DNA of 63,386 nt, counting the filler, from Octopus bimaculoides (lineage: Eukaryota): assembly GCF_001194135.2 (NCBI RefSeq). It is 4 parts of 4 records of this genome, joined end to end, with 100 filler letters (N's around TTAATTAATTAA, not from the genome) between each part and the next. Parts side by side here need not be neighbours in the genome. Positions count along the whole stretch, not along the records: positions 43,701 to 55,762 come from NC_068982.1; positions 55,863 to 63,386 come from NC_068988.1; 2 more parts are not named here. One strand, written 5' to 3'. Below, in pieces: positions 49,629 to 63,386 of this stretch; the first letter of the stretch is position 1, and every line of letters starts with the position of its first letter. Position numbers and translations under genes: made by a program. The notes under the pieces are model-generated. The model ran no database searches and had not been told where the DNA came from. It saw only the letters and a list, made by a program, of their open reading frames with translations.

Positions 49629-51868
49629 TTAATAATAAAGAAAACCTGATATCAGCTAGCTTCAGAAACAGTCGGAAAAAAACAAAGCGACAGGAATCAA
49701 TAACTAAACGTGAAAACTATATGTATATACGAATGTATATATATATATATANNNNNNNNNNNNNNNNNNNNNNNNNNNNNNNNNNNNNNNNNNNNNNNNN
49801 NNNNNNNNNNNNNNNNNNNNNNNNNNNNNNNNNNNNNNNNNNNNNNNNNNNNNNNNNNNNNNNNNNNNNNNNNNNNNNNNNNNNNNNNNNNNNNNNNNNN
49901 NNNNNNNNNNNNNNNNNNNNNNNNNNNNNNNNNNNNNNNNNNNNNNNNNNNNNNNNNNNNNNNNNNNNNNNNNNNNNNNNNNNNNNNNNNNNNNNNNNNN
50001 NNNNNNNNNNNNNNNNNNNNNNNNNNNNNNNNNNNNNNNNNNNNNNNNNNNNNNNNNNNNNNNNNNNNNNNNNNNNNNNNNNNNNNNNNNNNNNNNNNNN
50101 NNNNNNNNNNNNNNNNNNNNNNNNNNNNNNNNNNNNNNNNNNNNNNNNNNNNNNNNNNNNNNNNNNNNNNNNNNNNNNNNNNNNNNNNNNNNNNNNNNNN
50201 NNNNNNNNNNNNNNNNNNNNNNNNNNNNNNNNNNNNNNNNNNNNNNNNNNNNNNNNNNNNNNNNNNNNNNNNNNNNNNNNNNNNNNNNNNNNNNNNNNNN
50301 NNNNNNNNNNNNNNNNNNNNNNNNNNNNNNNNNNNNNNNNNNNNNNNNNNNNNNNNNNNNNNNNNNNNNNNNNNNNNNNNNNNNNNNNNNNNNNNNNNNN
50401 NNNNNNNNNNNNNNNNNNNNNNNNNNNNATATATATATATATATATATATACGTATGTGTGTACGTATGTATGAGTAGGTGCATATACAGCGATACAAAT
50501 TTTAAGATACGAAAGTAGATAAAATAAATACACAACAAACACAAACTAAAAGATCCCAAAAAATATAAATGTGGACAGTTGTGCTGCAAATTTCATTTCA
50601 CTGAGTTTAGTTGAATGGACTTTTTTTCTAATATGTCGCATGGTGAATGGTTAAACAGTGAAGATATATATATATATATATATATATACATATTCATACA
50701 TAGTTACATACATCAATATAGGTATGTGTACATACATGTATGTATATATATACATAGAGATGCAATATATGTGTGTATGCATAAAAATACATGTACAGTG
50801 AGGGCAGCAGAACCGTGATGCTCTAGCGTGAAAGGTGATTTAGAGTGAATACCATACAAACGTGTATTTGAGACTATAACGTCGTTAGTGAAAATCCCCC
50901 ATTACAAAATCGCGAGTTGCAAATTCCACCATTACAAAATCCCATAGGAATGATAGTGGAATCTTATATTACGCGGGTAAAATTTGGTTAGCCATTTGTG
51001 GAATTAACGAATGCTGAGCTAGAAATGTAACACTGAGTACAGCCACACCACACAGACAAACCTTGTATTCGGGAGCAATTAGAAGTATGTGGTATAAAAA
51101 ATTTAAAGAATTCATGACATATAGCATGCCTAACTATAATGTACGTATAAGTCTGACGGGTACTGCTTGACATCAATGAGGCATTGAATAGGGTAGATAT
51201 GAAGTCTAAAGATATGAAGTCTAAAGGCTGGTGACTTCATCTGTCTCTCACTCGTAGATACTAACGACATTGTGCCATACCAAGCTCCAACGGCTTTGGT
51301 CTATACCTTTAAAGAGACTGATAGACTGATTATAACACAGAGAAGTGTTGAAGATATGAAGCAAGACTAACATATTATCAGGTTATGACCGGTGTCTTTT
51401 CAAAATCAATTTCGAGAGATTTGATTGGTAAAATGCTGCAATTAGAAATTAGAAAAAACAATGATACGGGTGCTTGGCCGGACATGACAGACTGACAGGT
51501 GCAAGGAACAGCTTGTGGTGGATGAATAGTAAAAAAAAAAAAATGACAACTCATGTATGTATAAATTTATTTTCGATGCATTGCTGCATACTAGCACGTA
51601 GAAGATCTGCTAGCTAGGATCATCAAGTCCTACACTCCCTTAATTTCGATTATGATTCGCATTCATTGCGACTCAAGTTGCTAAACGTGGACTATATAAA
51701 AAGTATTTTTCAGCTTATTGAAATTAGGTATGGGAAAAGTGTACAACCCTCACCAACAAATTATTATTGTTCCTGAACATCATTTATTATACTCACAACG
51801 GGTTGCTACAAGCTTACAAACTTCCTACGCCTAGGCCCTTTGATCTTATAATTACGTGTGTGTGTGTT

Positions 51869-51901
<33 letters not shown>

Positions 51902-52749
51902 GTATGCATGTATATATGTATGTATGTATGTGTGTATGTATGTGTTGTGTCGACGCCCCAAGGGAAGAAGTAGGGTCTCCTAAGACATAAATAGAGGTAG
52001 TCTGGCCGTGGTAGGAGTGTTGAGTAAGAGTCGAGAAGCAGTTGTGTAGCAGTTGAGTAGAGATCATCCGAAGGTGCTACATAGCGGTAGCTTGAGACAT
52101 AATAATATATATGTATGTATGCATGTATGTTTGCATAGTAGATGATAAGTTATATTCGGATAATATTCACAATATCAATTAGGAGATCTGCTAATAAAAT
52201 TCTCCACTTGCAAAATAATGGAGCTTGATCAGGGTAATTTTTCTTATTTGATATTCGTGAAATGACGGCTGGCCAGACAAGTAATATGTATGTCTTTGAT
52301 CACGAACACTACAAGCATCTCAAAACTCGTTGCACATATAAGTACCGATGGTAAAATTCAAAAAACAGATTATTTCGGGTTCCTTTAATCGGCAACATGA
52401 AGCCATCTTCATTATTTCTGATGTGCGATTAGAATTAAGACAAGGATACACTAACTATGAGTGGTAGCTTCGACATTAGAGATGATAATGACGAGATGTG
52501 AAAAAAGATGGCGTCAGATATCTTCGTTGTGTTTAAACTGCCTTTGTTTACTGCTTCTTATCAATCAGATAACATCTACTGAATAGTAAATGGAGAAATA
52601 GTTATATCGCATGTGTACTTGAAAGCAAACATGATAATGTGACTGGGGTATCTGAATTACTTAAATAGGGGCACTCTTTGTATTGTAGCTATTCAGTATG
52701 ATCATAATGAAGACTACAAACTTCAAAACTTGAAGTGAAAATGTGAAAA

Positions 52750-53050
52750 AAAGTTTTGTCACGTATCAGCTGAAATTTAGGTTTAAGACTCACATTATAT
52801 GCTATAGCATGATGACATGAAGGGTGAGACAATCTTCCTGATGCAGTGATAGATAAATTGCATTCAGTGATAGTGGTCTCAAAAGAAGTGAAGCACTTGT
52901 AGCAGATATCAGTGATCCATCAGACGTCAATCTCTCTTGCCAAAGTCATGAAAAAAGAGATCATGTGTGGTGAACAACCAGAAAATATCAAACTAATGTA
53001 GCCTGGATGCAAAATTCTGATTCGCATTTATAATCATCAGTGCTGAAGGT
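52750..53050 (+). mobile_element. Possible very decayed RLE-LINE fragment
   Basis: The fragment EALVADISDPSDVNL...HEKRD resembles the IIDIAxPxDxNI...EK segment of RLE domains; many stops. Confidence 0.35.
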
Positions 53051-54625
53051 TAAATAATATCTGATTTCTGTATTAAATTAGGAAACACCAGACATTATTT
53101 ACAAAAATAAAACAAAAACAAATGGAGTGACTTCTATGTTGCAACTAAATCAAAGACTTTGGAAGTATTTGAATATTTCTATATAAGTCGCTTTTGATAT
53201 GTGAAACACATAAACTGCATTTTATATCTGCACGTAATGAGATTAAATGTCGAATACATTATGTGTGTGTGTGTGTGTATGTGTGTGTATGTATGTGTGT
53301 GTGCATGCGTGTGTATTATGTGTGTGTGGTGGTGTGGTGGTGGTGGTGGTGGCGGTGGTGGTAGTGGTGGTGGTGGGGTGTGTGTGTGCGGAGAGAAAAT
53401 TTCTCTTTTGTCTTTTTTTAAACATTGTATCGGCAAGTAACTGTAATTTCTACAGAACGGTACAACAAAAGGAATATAATAACACCTTACAAGGTAGCCT
53501 TAAATAGCCACACTAACTACTGTAATAAATAGCAGCCAACAACTCACAAATTTTGCACTCTAACATCAGTAAGAAATGGAAGATCTTATATAGCGTTAAA
53601 CTTTATACACTACGTCTGACCAAAGAAAGAAAGAAAAAAAGCCGAGATAGTCATGACTAGCATGGTTTAATCATTGCCTTGCCTAATATGAATTGACCCG
53701 AAGCTAAACCATAACAACAAGAACAACAATAATTATAGACTGAAAAACGTATCAATAACTCCCCGCTCTCCGGTAATTGGTGGATGTTACATGACTACGC
53801 AGTACATTAGGAAACTCCAAATTGTATTTGCGTGTTTCAGATCGAAATAAGAATTGGTTAGTTGTGAACGCAAAATAAATTTATCTAATTTTCGATAGGG
53901 AATCTTCATTGAATATTTCCCATGTGTGAGGTAACCAATTGATCCACTCGTTTCTTGCGATTTAATCAACTCATAGCCAGAGGAAAATTGTCTAAGTTAT
54001 TGTTACAGTAGACTTTATATCTGCGATAGAGATGCAGCTTTTGATGAATTTCTTAACAGAATGTTACTCAATAGAGATATTCATAGGTGTTTCGTCTGCT
54101 TCTCAACAGTGAAGTGCTGTATATTGTAGGCGCACTATGTATTAAGTGGTTGAAAGAAATCACATTTTTCTATTCTATCAAAGCTTCTCTCAATGTTTCA
54201 ATTTCTTTTTCTGTCGCCTATCATTCTCTGTACACTTTATCTAGCTATTAATTATTTATCTACCTATCGATTCTCTTTCTCATTGTCCGAACACACACAT
54301 ACAGACACACATACATACATACATACATACATACATACTTGCATACATACATACACACACAACTATATGCACACACACACACACATATATATATGCTCAC
54401 ACATACACATGCACACATATGTATGTGAGGACAAATATACATATGTACATATATTTGTGTGTGTACGCGTGTGTGCATGCATGTGTGCGTGCATGCGTGC
54501 GTGCGTGCGTGCATGCGTGCTTTAATTCAAACATCAGATCAAATCAGTGTAAACTGCAGAGATTTCGTAAATCACCGAAAATATCTATTACGTGAAACAG
54601 CAACATCAAATATTATCGGCTTGAA

Positions 54626-54662
<37 letters not shown>

Positions 54663-55762
54663 TTCAACTTTTCCTAACTCTGCTTATCCGCTTTCCATTT
54701 GGAGTAGCTACCAGCTGATCACTGGCTCGATCTGATCGACTTACTCTCCTCACTAGAATTATTAACCTTGTGCCCAAAAGTTGGAAACATTTTTGTTTCC
54801 ACCTCGTATAATTACGGGGGAATTGAAATAACATTACAAGTATTAATGAACGTACAAACCTGGACATCAGTTACTAAAATTTATATCACCCCCACGTAGT
54901 TCCATATTCAATACCACTTCACAGCATCTTGGGCAAGATTTTACTATCATTGCTTCAGGTTGACCAAACACTTGTGAGTGCAATGTAGCATATACTATAT
55001 GGAAGCTTTCGTACGAATATAGATGGATGTAGACAAATGCACAGTCATATACATAAGACTGTACACGTTCGATCGACCAAATCACTTGCTCCTGATTTAA
55101 CATTTAAGTATCTGAACATTCCACACACTCGTGTATACTTTACTTAATTCACACTTTCATTCATTATGTCAAAGTACATGTGACAACGCTGTACATTGGA
55201 ATTACAGGCATTTCTGTATAGATTCTGCTTCCCTGCTTCCCTCACGAAATATAGGTCAATAAGAGAGGATCTAAATCTTTCGACACTACAAGCACTCATG
55301 GACATACACTTAAATTTCACTTGATGATGACTTCTAAACTGAAATAAACAAAAATATAAGCCTGTTCAGTACAATATTTCTATTTATAAGAATTGCCTAG
55401 CAACGTTACTAACAGATGTAGATCAGAAGAGAAACGCAGGATTGGGAGCTCTGATAAAACCCTTAGGCATTTTCCTAATATACTCATATGTATATATATA
55501 CGTGTGTGTATGTGTGGGTGTGTGTATGGAAGAGAAAGAGAAAAAGAGTGTGTGTGGGTCTGTTGAAACCTACATTGCAATTATAAATTGAACTATCACC
55601 TAGTTTCATTGACACAGTTTGAGATGCTATGCTTAAATAAATTAAACTCCATAAGTGTCGATTTAAAAGCATTCCCATATTTAGATAAACAGAAAGAAAC
55701 GGCATGTGTGTAGGCAGGTTTCGATAAATATACACATATACATATATATATATATATATATA

Positions 55763-55862
55763 NNNNNNNNNNNNNNNNNNNNNNNNNNNNNNNNNNNNNN
55801 NNNNNNTTAATTAATTAANNNNNNNNNNNNNNNNNNNNNNNNNNNNNNNNNNNNNNNNNNNN
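55763..55862. other. Artificial scaffold join N44-TTAATTAATTAA-N44
   Basis: Same construct as at 28303. Confidence 0.95.
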
Positions 55863-56419
55863 TAGAAATATTAAATTTTCGAAATATTAATAAGCAGTTA
55901 AAAAGATGATAAAAATCATGTTGAATAATCCTTTCTACAATTGTCATGAAATTTTCGGGGAGGGGGAATGTCGATTGCATCATCTCTAGTGCTCAACTGG
56001 AACTTACTTCATCGACCACATAAAGACGAAAGGTAAAGCGTCATTTGGATTAAGATCGAAAAAAAAAAAAAAGCCGGAAGAAATGCCGTGAAAAATTTTA
56101 TCCGACGCGGTAACGTTTCTGATAATTCGCCGCCTTAAATTTGTTTAACAATGGCTTTATCTAAATTATTTGTCAAAAGGTCGTCCGTACGTTTTAAATT
56201 TCACAGCTCCATAAGTTTAGGATTGCAAATAATTAATTGCAGAATTGGGTATACCTACACTAGTGCTTCTCCGACCCGACTAAGTTTCAGAAAGAATGGG
56301 TATTTTTTAATAAAATTTTCTGCAGATACATTACGGATGGTGTAGATTACAGTCATATCAGAATTTAATGCGAGAAAAAAATTTGGTAGACGCACATACA
56401 TACTGACTCACATCACATA

Positions 56420-57055
56420 AGTTTTGAAAATCCCAAGTTTCATTTTGTAGATATTTTGTGATGTGTTAGACAACAAATGTAGGCTGTGCAAGACCAACAC
56501 TGGAGACATCGACCACATTATTGCCAATTGAGAGAGAATATCTTCCAAATGATATCTTCCCATGACACATGATGTGGTGGCCAGAACAGACTGGAAAAGG
56601 GTAACAAAAAACAAACACCTACAGATGAAGTTGACTATATTAAGACCGAGGTGTCACAAGAGTACTGGTGAAACTTGAAAATTAAAACAGTCATCAAGTT
56701 AAAATACAACCAGCCAGATATTGTTGTGTGGGACCACAAGGAAAGGATACGCTCAGTTGTAGAAATCAGTAGCTCTCTGGACACTAATGTGGTTAGAAAA
56801 ATGCAGAAGAAAGAGGTTATCTATGAACCAGTGATAAGGAGTTTGCAAATCCAGAACCCAAGATACACTTTTAGCTTCATATCTATTATTATTGGAGTAA
56901 TAGGTTACATACCAACTCGTCTGGAGCAAAGTATGGCTGGGGCAAAGTATGGCTTCTTAGGGAGAGAAGGCAAATCCTTAATTCATACGCTATAAATGAT
57001 CAAGACATCTGGGACTGCAAAAGTCTGCAAAACCTTCTTAAAATTTGAAGGATGA
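56420..57055 (+). mobile_element. RLE non-LTR retrotransposon 3' fragment (zinc knuckle plus PD-(D/E)xK nuclease), disabled
   Basis: DNKCRLCKTNTGDIDHII...THDVV (CCHC and RHD-like motifs), KYNQPDIVVWD...VVEISS...KKEVIYEPV...IIIGVIG...SGTAKVCKTFLKF; contains in-frame stops. Confidence 0.8.
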
Positions 57056-58445
57056 TGAACAAACAAAATGATTTCCTTTACGATCTTGCTGCCAAGCAAA
57101 TGGCAGGTCAGAATTTATTCGAAATGAAAATAATAAAGAGAACACACACACACACACACACAGAACAAGTCAAAGAAAGCTTTGATTAGATGTAGGGAAA
57201 AAAAGCCCTTTGATACCATTCATTAACAACAGTAATCGCTATTTGGAAATTCGCTGGAAAGATTGAGGGAAAAAGAGAATGATGGATCGTTTCAACTATT
57301 ACTCGGATGATCTTCATTAGCTATGGTAATTGTATTATAGATATGAATCGCGAAGACCACACAGCTCAAATCATCAATGACTAAAAACAAATAAAATCAG
57401 TAAAGATATATAATCTTTCTTTGATTTCACATTTGGTGATATTATTGTTCTCAGCCATTTTGAATTATCTCTAAAATAATTGACGAAATGATTTATGCTG
57501 GAATCAATACACGAGAGTTTGTCGCAGCTTCCATAAGCCATCTACTAGGTCATCTCGGAATCAAAGGTCGCAATAGAACTGCAATGATGAAACACCTATC
57601 AGAGACAGTTGAGAAGAGCTCCATGTGACTGTGAGCAAACAGAAACGACAGCCGAAGCTGAAATAGAATGCTGTAAGCCGCAATATAGAGAATTATTGAA
57701 AGAAAACCCAGATTTAAATAGATTCACAGTGTAAGCTCGTTCTTTCAGTGACCTTCGTGACCGAGTGGTATGTACCACAGTTGAAGAGAATAAGATTACC
57801 CGAAGGTTCCAGGTTCAGTCCCTACCAAGACAGCATTTCGAAAACAGTAGGGCACATAAAAACCATGACCTATGGTGATCCCAGCTCCCTCAGAGTGTCA
57901 GGAACTAAAGGGCTGAAGTATTTGCTTGACGGAAATTCTTCCTCTGAAATTTTTCCTTGCTCTACGCCAAGGGCCCGGGAAGAGGGGGTGCAGCGGGTGC
58001 ACCTGCAACCCCTAGAATTTTCAGGGGGTGCAAGATCAAAATTTGCACCCCCTACATAATCTTACCAGTTGCAGAAAAAAAGTGTCTAAAATCTGTCGGT
58101 ATAAAATGCTGAAGTTCGATCTCGTTTCAAAACAAAGAAAAAAATAAATATATAAATAATATAAAAGTGATGAAGCTAGCATAAAATTCCCTAAGGAGTT
58201 CTGAAAGCAAGTAGCGTCAAAACACAAAAAAGTAAGTGACAATAACAACAGTAGCAGCAACAATAACAACAACAAAACCAGCATATATGGTTAATTTTGA
58301 ATATATGGCGTTACTTGAATTATTGAAGACAGCTCCCAACCAGTTTCTGCCTGTCAATACTTCTCTCCATCTTTTAGTACCACTACCACCTTCTTTGTAA
58401 TTGGTGTTGCTAAAGACTTAAAATATGGTTGAATAAATTCGACCG

Positions 58446-58961
58446 TTATTTCTTTATTGCCCACAAGGGGTTAAACATAGAGGTGACAAACAAGGTCAGA
58501 CAAAGGGATTAAGTCGATTACATCGACCCCAGTACGTAACTGGTACTTAATTTATCGACCCCGAAAGGATGAAAGGCAAAGTCGACCTCGGCGGAATTTG
58601 AACTCGGAACGTAACGGCAGACGAAATACCGCTANNNNNNNNNNTACTTAATTTATCGACCCCGAAAGGATGAAAAGCAAAGTCGACCTCGGCGGAATTT
58701 GAACTCAGAACGTAGCGGCAGACGAAATACCTATTTCGTTATTGCCCACAAGGGGCTAAACATAGAGGGAACAAACAAGAACAGACGAACGGATTAAGTC
58801 GATTACATCGACCCCAGTGCGTAACTGGTACTTAATTTATCGACCCCGAAAGGATGAAAGGCAAAGTCGACCTCGGCGGAATTTGAACTCGGAACGTAAC
58901 GGCAGACGAAATACCGCTAAGCATTTCGCCCGGCGTTCGAACGTTTCTGCCAGCTCGCCGC
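58446..58961 (-). mobile_element. Tandem young SINE family A variant with an alternative tail
   Basis: The body is identical to family A, but the tail reads ...tctatgtttagccccttgtgggcaataaagaaataa on the element strand. CpGs are intact. Confidence 0.85.
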
Positions 58962-59425
58962 TTTAGAACCGTTTGAATATTGTCACTCTCCTCGGAAACA
59001 ACGTTTCTTATCCCTCTCGGCTCGACATGATTCCGATGAGGACGATCATTGTTCACTAGTCCTGAAGATGTAATTTAGTTGCTTCTTAATGACTTGTAGG
59101 CACGTGGTATTTCGTTATGCAACCGTAATATACTATAGAGTATATTAAATGTTTTTATAAGTCAACACCACGCTCTACTGCCTTTGCAGTGCTCTTTACA
59201 TGATTTTTTGCTACAACGTTTCGTACCGAGACGTCAAATAATATCGAAGACAAAAACGTGTTATGAGTGTATAAGTCATTATTAATGTTTACAAACAACT
59301 CCAGGATTGAGTTTAATATGTAGAGTGGTATATCAAATAACTCAACAAATTAGTTGGTTTTGTTTATAATCTGATACCAAAATGATGAATGAATGAATGA
59401 ATGAATGAATTAAACGTATAGGAGG

Positions 59426-59810
59426 CGCGAGCGTGGCTGTGTGGTAAGAAGCTTGCTTCTCAACCGGGTTCAGGCCCACTGCGTGACACCTTGGGCAAGT
59501 GTCCTCTACTAAAACCTCGGGCAGACCAAAACTTTGTGAGTGGATTTGGTAGATGGAAATTGAAAGAAGCCCATCGCATATATCTGTGTCTTTGTGCCTG
59601 TGTTTGTTCCCCACCACCACTTGACAACCGCTGTTGGTGTGTTTACACCCCCGTAACTTCGTGGTTCGGCAAAAGTGATCGATAAAATAAATACTAGGCT
59701 TTATAAAAATAATAAAGTCATGGGGTCGATTTACTCGACTAAAACCCTTCAAAACGATGCCCCAACATGGCCGCAGAAAAATAACCAAAAACAAATAAAA
59801 GATAAAAGAT
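59426..59810 (+). mobile_element. Full-length SINE family B (short internal microsatellite)
   Basis: Same modules as 22600-23033, with a GATAAAA-type tail. Confidence 0.8.
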
Positions 59811-59942
59811 TTATGTTAAGTTGAAATGAAAATTAAATTTACTCAAGTTTGACACCTTGAGGGTTCGGGTTACGTACTGTTCGTAAATGTTATTATATGC
59901 TAGTGTGTAACACCAACAATGTTGTTATTAGAAGTAAAAACA

Positions 59943-60640
59943 AGGCGGTGAGCTGGCAGAATCGTTAGCATGCCGGGCAAAATGCTTAGCGGTACTTCGC
60001 TCGTCGCTACGTTCTGGTTTCAAATTCCGCCAAGATCGACTTTGCCATTCATCCTTTCGGGATAGATATATTAAGTACCAGTTACGCACTGGAGTCGATC
60101 TAATCGACTAGTCCCCTCCCGCAAAATTTCAGGCCTTGTGCCTTTAGTAGAAAGGTTATTATAAGTAAACGCGTTGAGGTCGCTGAGCAGGCAGCATCGT
60201 TAGCGCCAAACTTTGGTACCTGGGGGTTATTCAGAATATTCTGGATAGGCACTAATTTGTAATAGTGCTGAAGTGGAATTTCAAAATAAGTATATCTGAG
60301 GGTGCACCACTGAGTAGTGGAGGGAACAGTGCCGTCCAGTGCACCCACTTGGCGACGGGCAGAGTTAACGCGCCGGGCAAAATTTTAACTGCATTTTCCG
60401 GTTCTTTACGTGCTGAGTTCAAATTCTATCGAGGCTTTACTTTCCCCCCTTTCGAGATCAATAAAAGAATATCAGTTGAATTCTTGGGTCGATGTAATCG
60501 ATTGGTTCCCTCCCAAAACACTGTTAGTGTTGATGTCGTTCTTAGTGTATTTAAACACATTGACAGTGTTGATGTTGTCATATTGAGATCGATGTAATTG
60601 ACTAGTCCCCTTCTCCTCATTACCTGTTGGTATTATGCCT
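59943..60640 (+). mobile_element. SINE family A: one good copy followed by degenerate copies
   Basis: ggcggtgagctggcagaatcgttagcatgccgggc...aaatttcaggccttgtgcctttagtagaaaggttattatt. Confidence 0.8.
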
Positions 60641-60801
60641 ATCATTTGTAATTAGAACAGTTAAAATGTGCAAAACATTTCACAAATCCAAAATAGGAAT
60701 TCATTTTTGTTTTCCACATTCCAGCAATGGCGCTTTGTATCTTTGTGTCAGAAACCAGCTCCTTCTTTACAGGAAGGCTTCGAATAACCCAAAATAAAAG
60801 A

Positions 60802-60845
<44 letters not shown>

Positions 60846-62023
60846 CGTCGTCGTGTTTGTTAGCTAGGACACAACAAAGGCAGTGAGAGGATACAAACTA
60901 CTATCTCTGGAGTCGATTGTCCGGTACGCTATCATCTCGGCCTTCGCACACTCATTGGTCGAGGACATTAAGTATTCGAACTACCAGCTTAAGTATTGTT
61001 TCTGACTGGGACATACCTGTGATCCACAAAAGATTAAACCCTCAATTCCATTTACCGCACCAGTGCGTGGGATAAATATTTATTACACCTGAGCACACGC
61101 GCGCGCGCACACACATGGACACACTCCAGTACATACATACACACATACATACATACATACATGCATACATACGTACACATGGAAGGATAAGCATATGATA
61201 ATGGGGACCAGGTGATGATCGAACTCTGTATTCCAGGTAAACGCTTATCTGAACTACAGTAAAACAACGGTAATGCACTCAAGCGTGAATCAGACATGCA
61301 GTGTTCGATCACCACCTGTCTCTCCCCTGCCCTTCATCTCTGTCTTCTCTCTTTCTCTCGTTCTCTCTCTCTCCCCCCTCTCTCACACACACATTCATAA
61401 ACACCCTCACATACACTCACTATTGTCACCTTTTCCTTCCTTTGTTATATATACATGGATATATTTGTGTCTGTGTGCGCGCGCGTGTGTGTTTGTGGCG
61501 GTGTGTTTATGAGTATTTTTGCGTAACATTCTCTGTGTGTTTATGTGTGCTTCTCTGTGTGGATAGTATATGTGATTTTGTGCTTCTGTCTACGCTTAAA
61601 TGTGCTGTGTGCATTTGTGTGTTTGCATAGATGTTAATGTAGTTGTGCGTTTATGCATTTCAGTGAGTGTGTATGCAAAAACAAAACAAAACAAAATAAA
61701 ACAAAAATACACTGTTGATCAATTATTAATCGATATTCTATACGATGCCTACCCGCTTTACACGCACGCACAGGGTGATCCCACAGTTTTGATAGTTTTT
61801 GTTGTTTAACCCTAGGACAACTTTGACCAACCAGTCCTATAAGGAAAGACATTACAGATGTGACAACAATAGAGTATGAGATGTTTTGGCACAGCCGTTT
61901 TGGCGTCGCCCTACTGGCATCGTTGATTCGACGCTTACTTGAGATTAGATGTTTTAATATTTCTCTCGTTCTCTCCCTCTTCTTTCCCTAACTCCACACA
62001 CACTCCCCGTCTCTCTCTCTCTA

Positions 62024-62111
<88 letters not shown>

Positions 62112-62153
62112 TGAATATTTCTGCTCGGACATGCGTGTACATACATACATACA

Positions 62154-62185
<32 letters not shown>

Positions 62186-62510
62186 CACACATATACACAC
62201 ACATACAATCATACATACATACATACATACATACATACAAACATACATACATACATACTTACATACATATATACATACGTACGTACGTATATATGTATGT
62301 ACGTACTTATACTAGCACTCCATCCGTTACAGAACAGCCTACTTGTGAAATTAACGCAGCGGTGGCTGAGTACCCCTCAAACACGCGTCCCCTTAACGTA
62401 GTTCTCAGGCAGATTCAGTGTGATACCACCACCATCATACCTACCCACCCTACCCCCACTTCGCATGCCACAACCACCTAATAATACCTAATAATATTTA
62501 ATTGTGATTA

Positions 62511-62725
62511 GGCGGCGAGCTGGCAGAATCGTTAGCGCGCCGAGCAAATAGCTTAGTGACATTTCGTCCGTCTTTACGTTCTGAGTTCAAATTCCGCAGT
62601 GGTCGACTTTACCTTTCATCCCTTCCGGGATAAAATAAGGATCAGTCGAACACTAGGGTCGATGTAATCGACTTATATCCCTCTCCCAAATCACTGGCCT
62701 TGTGCCAAAATTTGAAACCAATATT
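62511..62725 (+). mobile_element. SINE family A
   Basis: ggcggcgagctggcagaatcgttagcgcgcc...ggccttgtgccaaaatttgaaacc. Confidence 0.8.
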
Positions 62726-63072
62726 TAATTATAGAAATATAACAGGATTTTTTAAACATCAAATGGTTACGAGGGTCCAATCGAGGAAAACAGGAACAAG
62801 GGGTTCACGGGGGAAAAAAGGTTGCGAACACTTGAATCTATGATAAATGACATTTTATGCGCCCTTCTTCTTTTAAGACGTCAAGTAATTCGATGACTAT
62901 CTCTCTCCCATAAATGTATTAAGGCACCGCGACCATAGACACAACACCACACTCCTGACAGGATACGAACTGATGACCTCTCTATTTTGCTGTTCTATAT
63001 CACTTCATTAACTCGAGTCAACAAAGAGGCCTCTACAAAATCGCTCTAGTTGCTCGAAGTATTATTTTAAAA

Positions 63073-63386
63073 TTGTTGTTGCTGTTGGCACTCCGTCGCT
63101 TACGACGTCGAGGGTTCCAGTTGATCCGATCAACGGAACAGCGTGCTCGTGAAATTAATGTGCAAGTGGCTGAGCACTCCACGGACACGTGTACCCTTAA
63201 CGTAGTTCTCGGGGATATTCAGCGTGACACAGTGTGACAAGGCTGACCCTTTGAATTACAGCACAACAGAAACAGGAAGTAAGAGTGAGAGAAAGTTGTG
63301 GTGAAAGAGTACAGCAGGGTTCGCCACCATCCCCTGCCGGAGCCTCGTGGAGCTTTAGGTGTTTTCGCTCAATAAACACTCACAAC
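63073..63386 (-). mobile_element. SINE family C, truncated by the window end
   Basis: Near-identical reverse complement of 45900-46216. Confidence 0.88.

Noticed and set aside
57180-57720. Possible decayed reverse transcriptase (KxFDT-like fragment near 57200)
   Set aside because: Too degraded to support without a profile search.

Overview
AT-rich, microsatellite- and SINE-dense animal genomic DNA, most likely an octopus (inferred from repeat types and microsatellite load). It contains many N gaps and three artificial 100-bp scaffold joins (N44-TTAATTAATTAA-N44). Two protein-coding genes can be reconstructed by hand on the + strand. (1) The 3' part of a beta-TrCP (BTRC/FBXW11/slimb) orthologue: seven GT-AG exons at 2952-11877 encoding 278 aa (most of the seven-blade WD40 propeller plus the C-terminal tail), followed by a probable ~4.3 kb SINE-free 3' UTR. 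(2) A complete four-exon gene (30464-36273, 187 aa) that the ORF track shows only in fragments. It encodes a secreted or lysosomal ML-domain lipid-binding protein of the GM2-activator family, with a signal peptide, only three of the four canonical disulfide pairs, a helical-looking insertion, and a CLEAR-like E-box upstream. The rest is four SINE-like families, decayed LINE fragments (RTE-type and restriction-like-endonuclease type), mariner remnants and simple repeats. Notable structure: a CpG-depleted left half versus a CpG-retaining right half, head-to-tail SINE arrays, an (AAT)n insertion hotspot, and foldback potential in the beta-TrCP 3' UTR. I found no evidence for a wholly new biological system; the divergent GM2A-like gene is the best lead.
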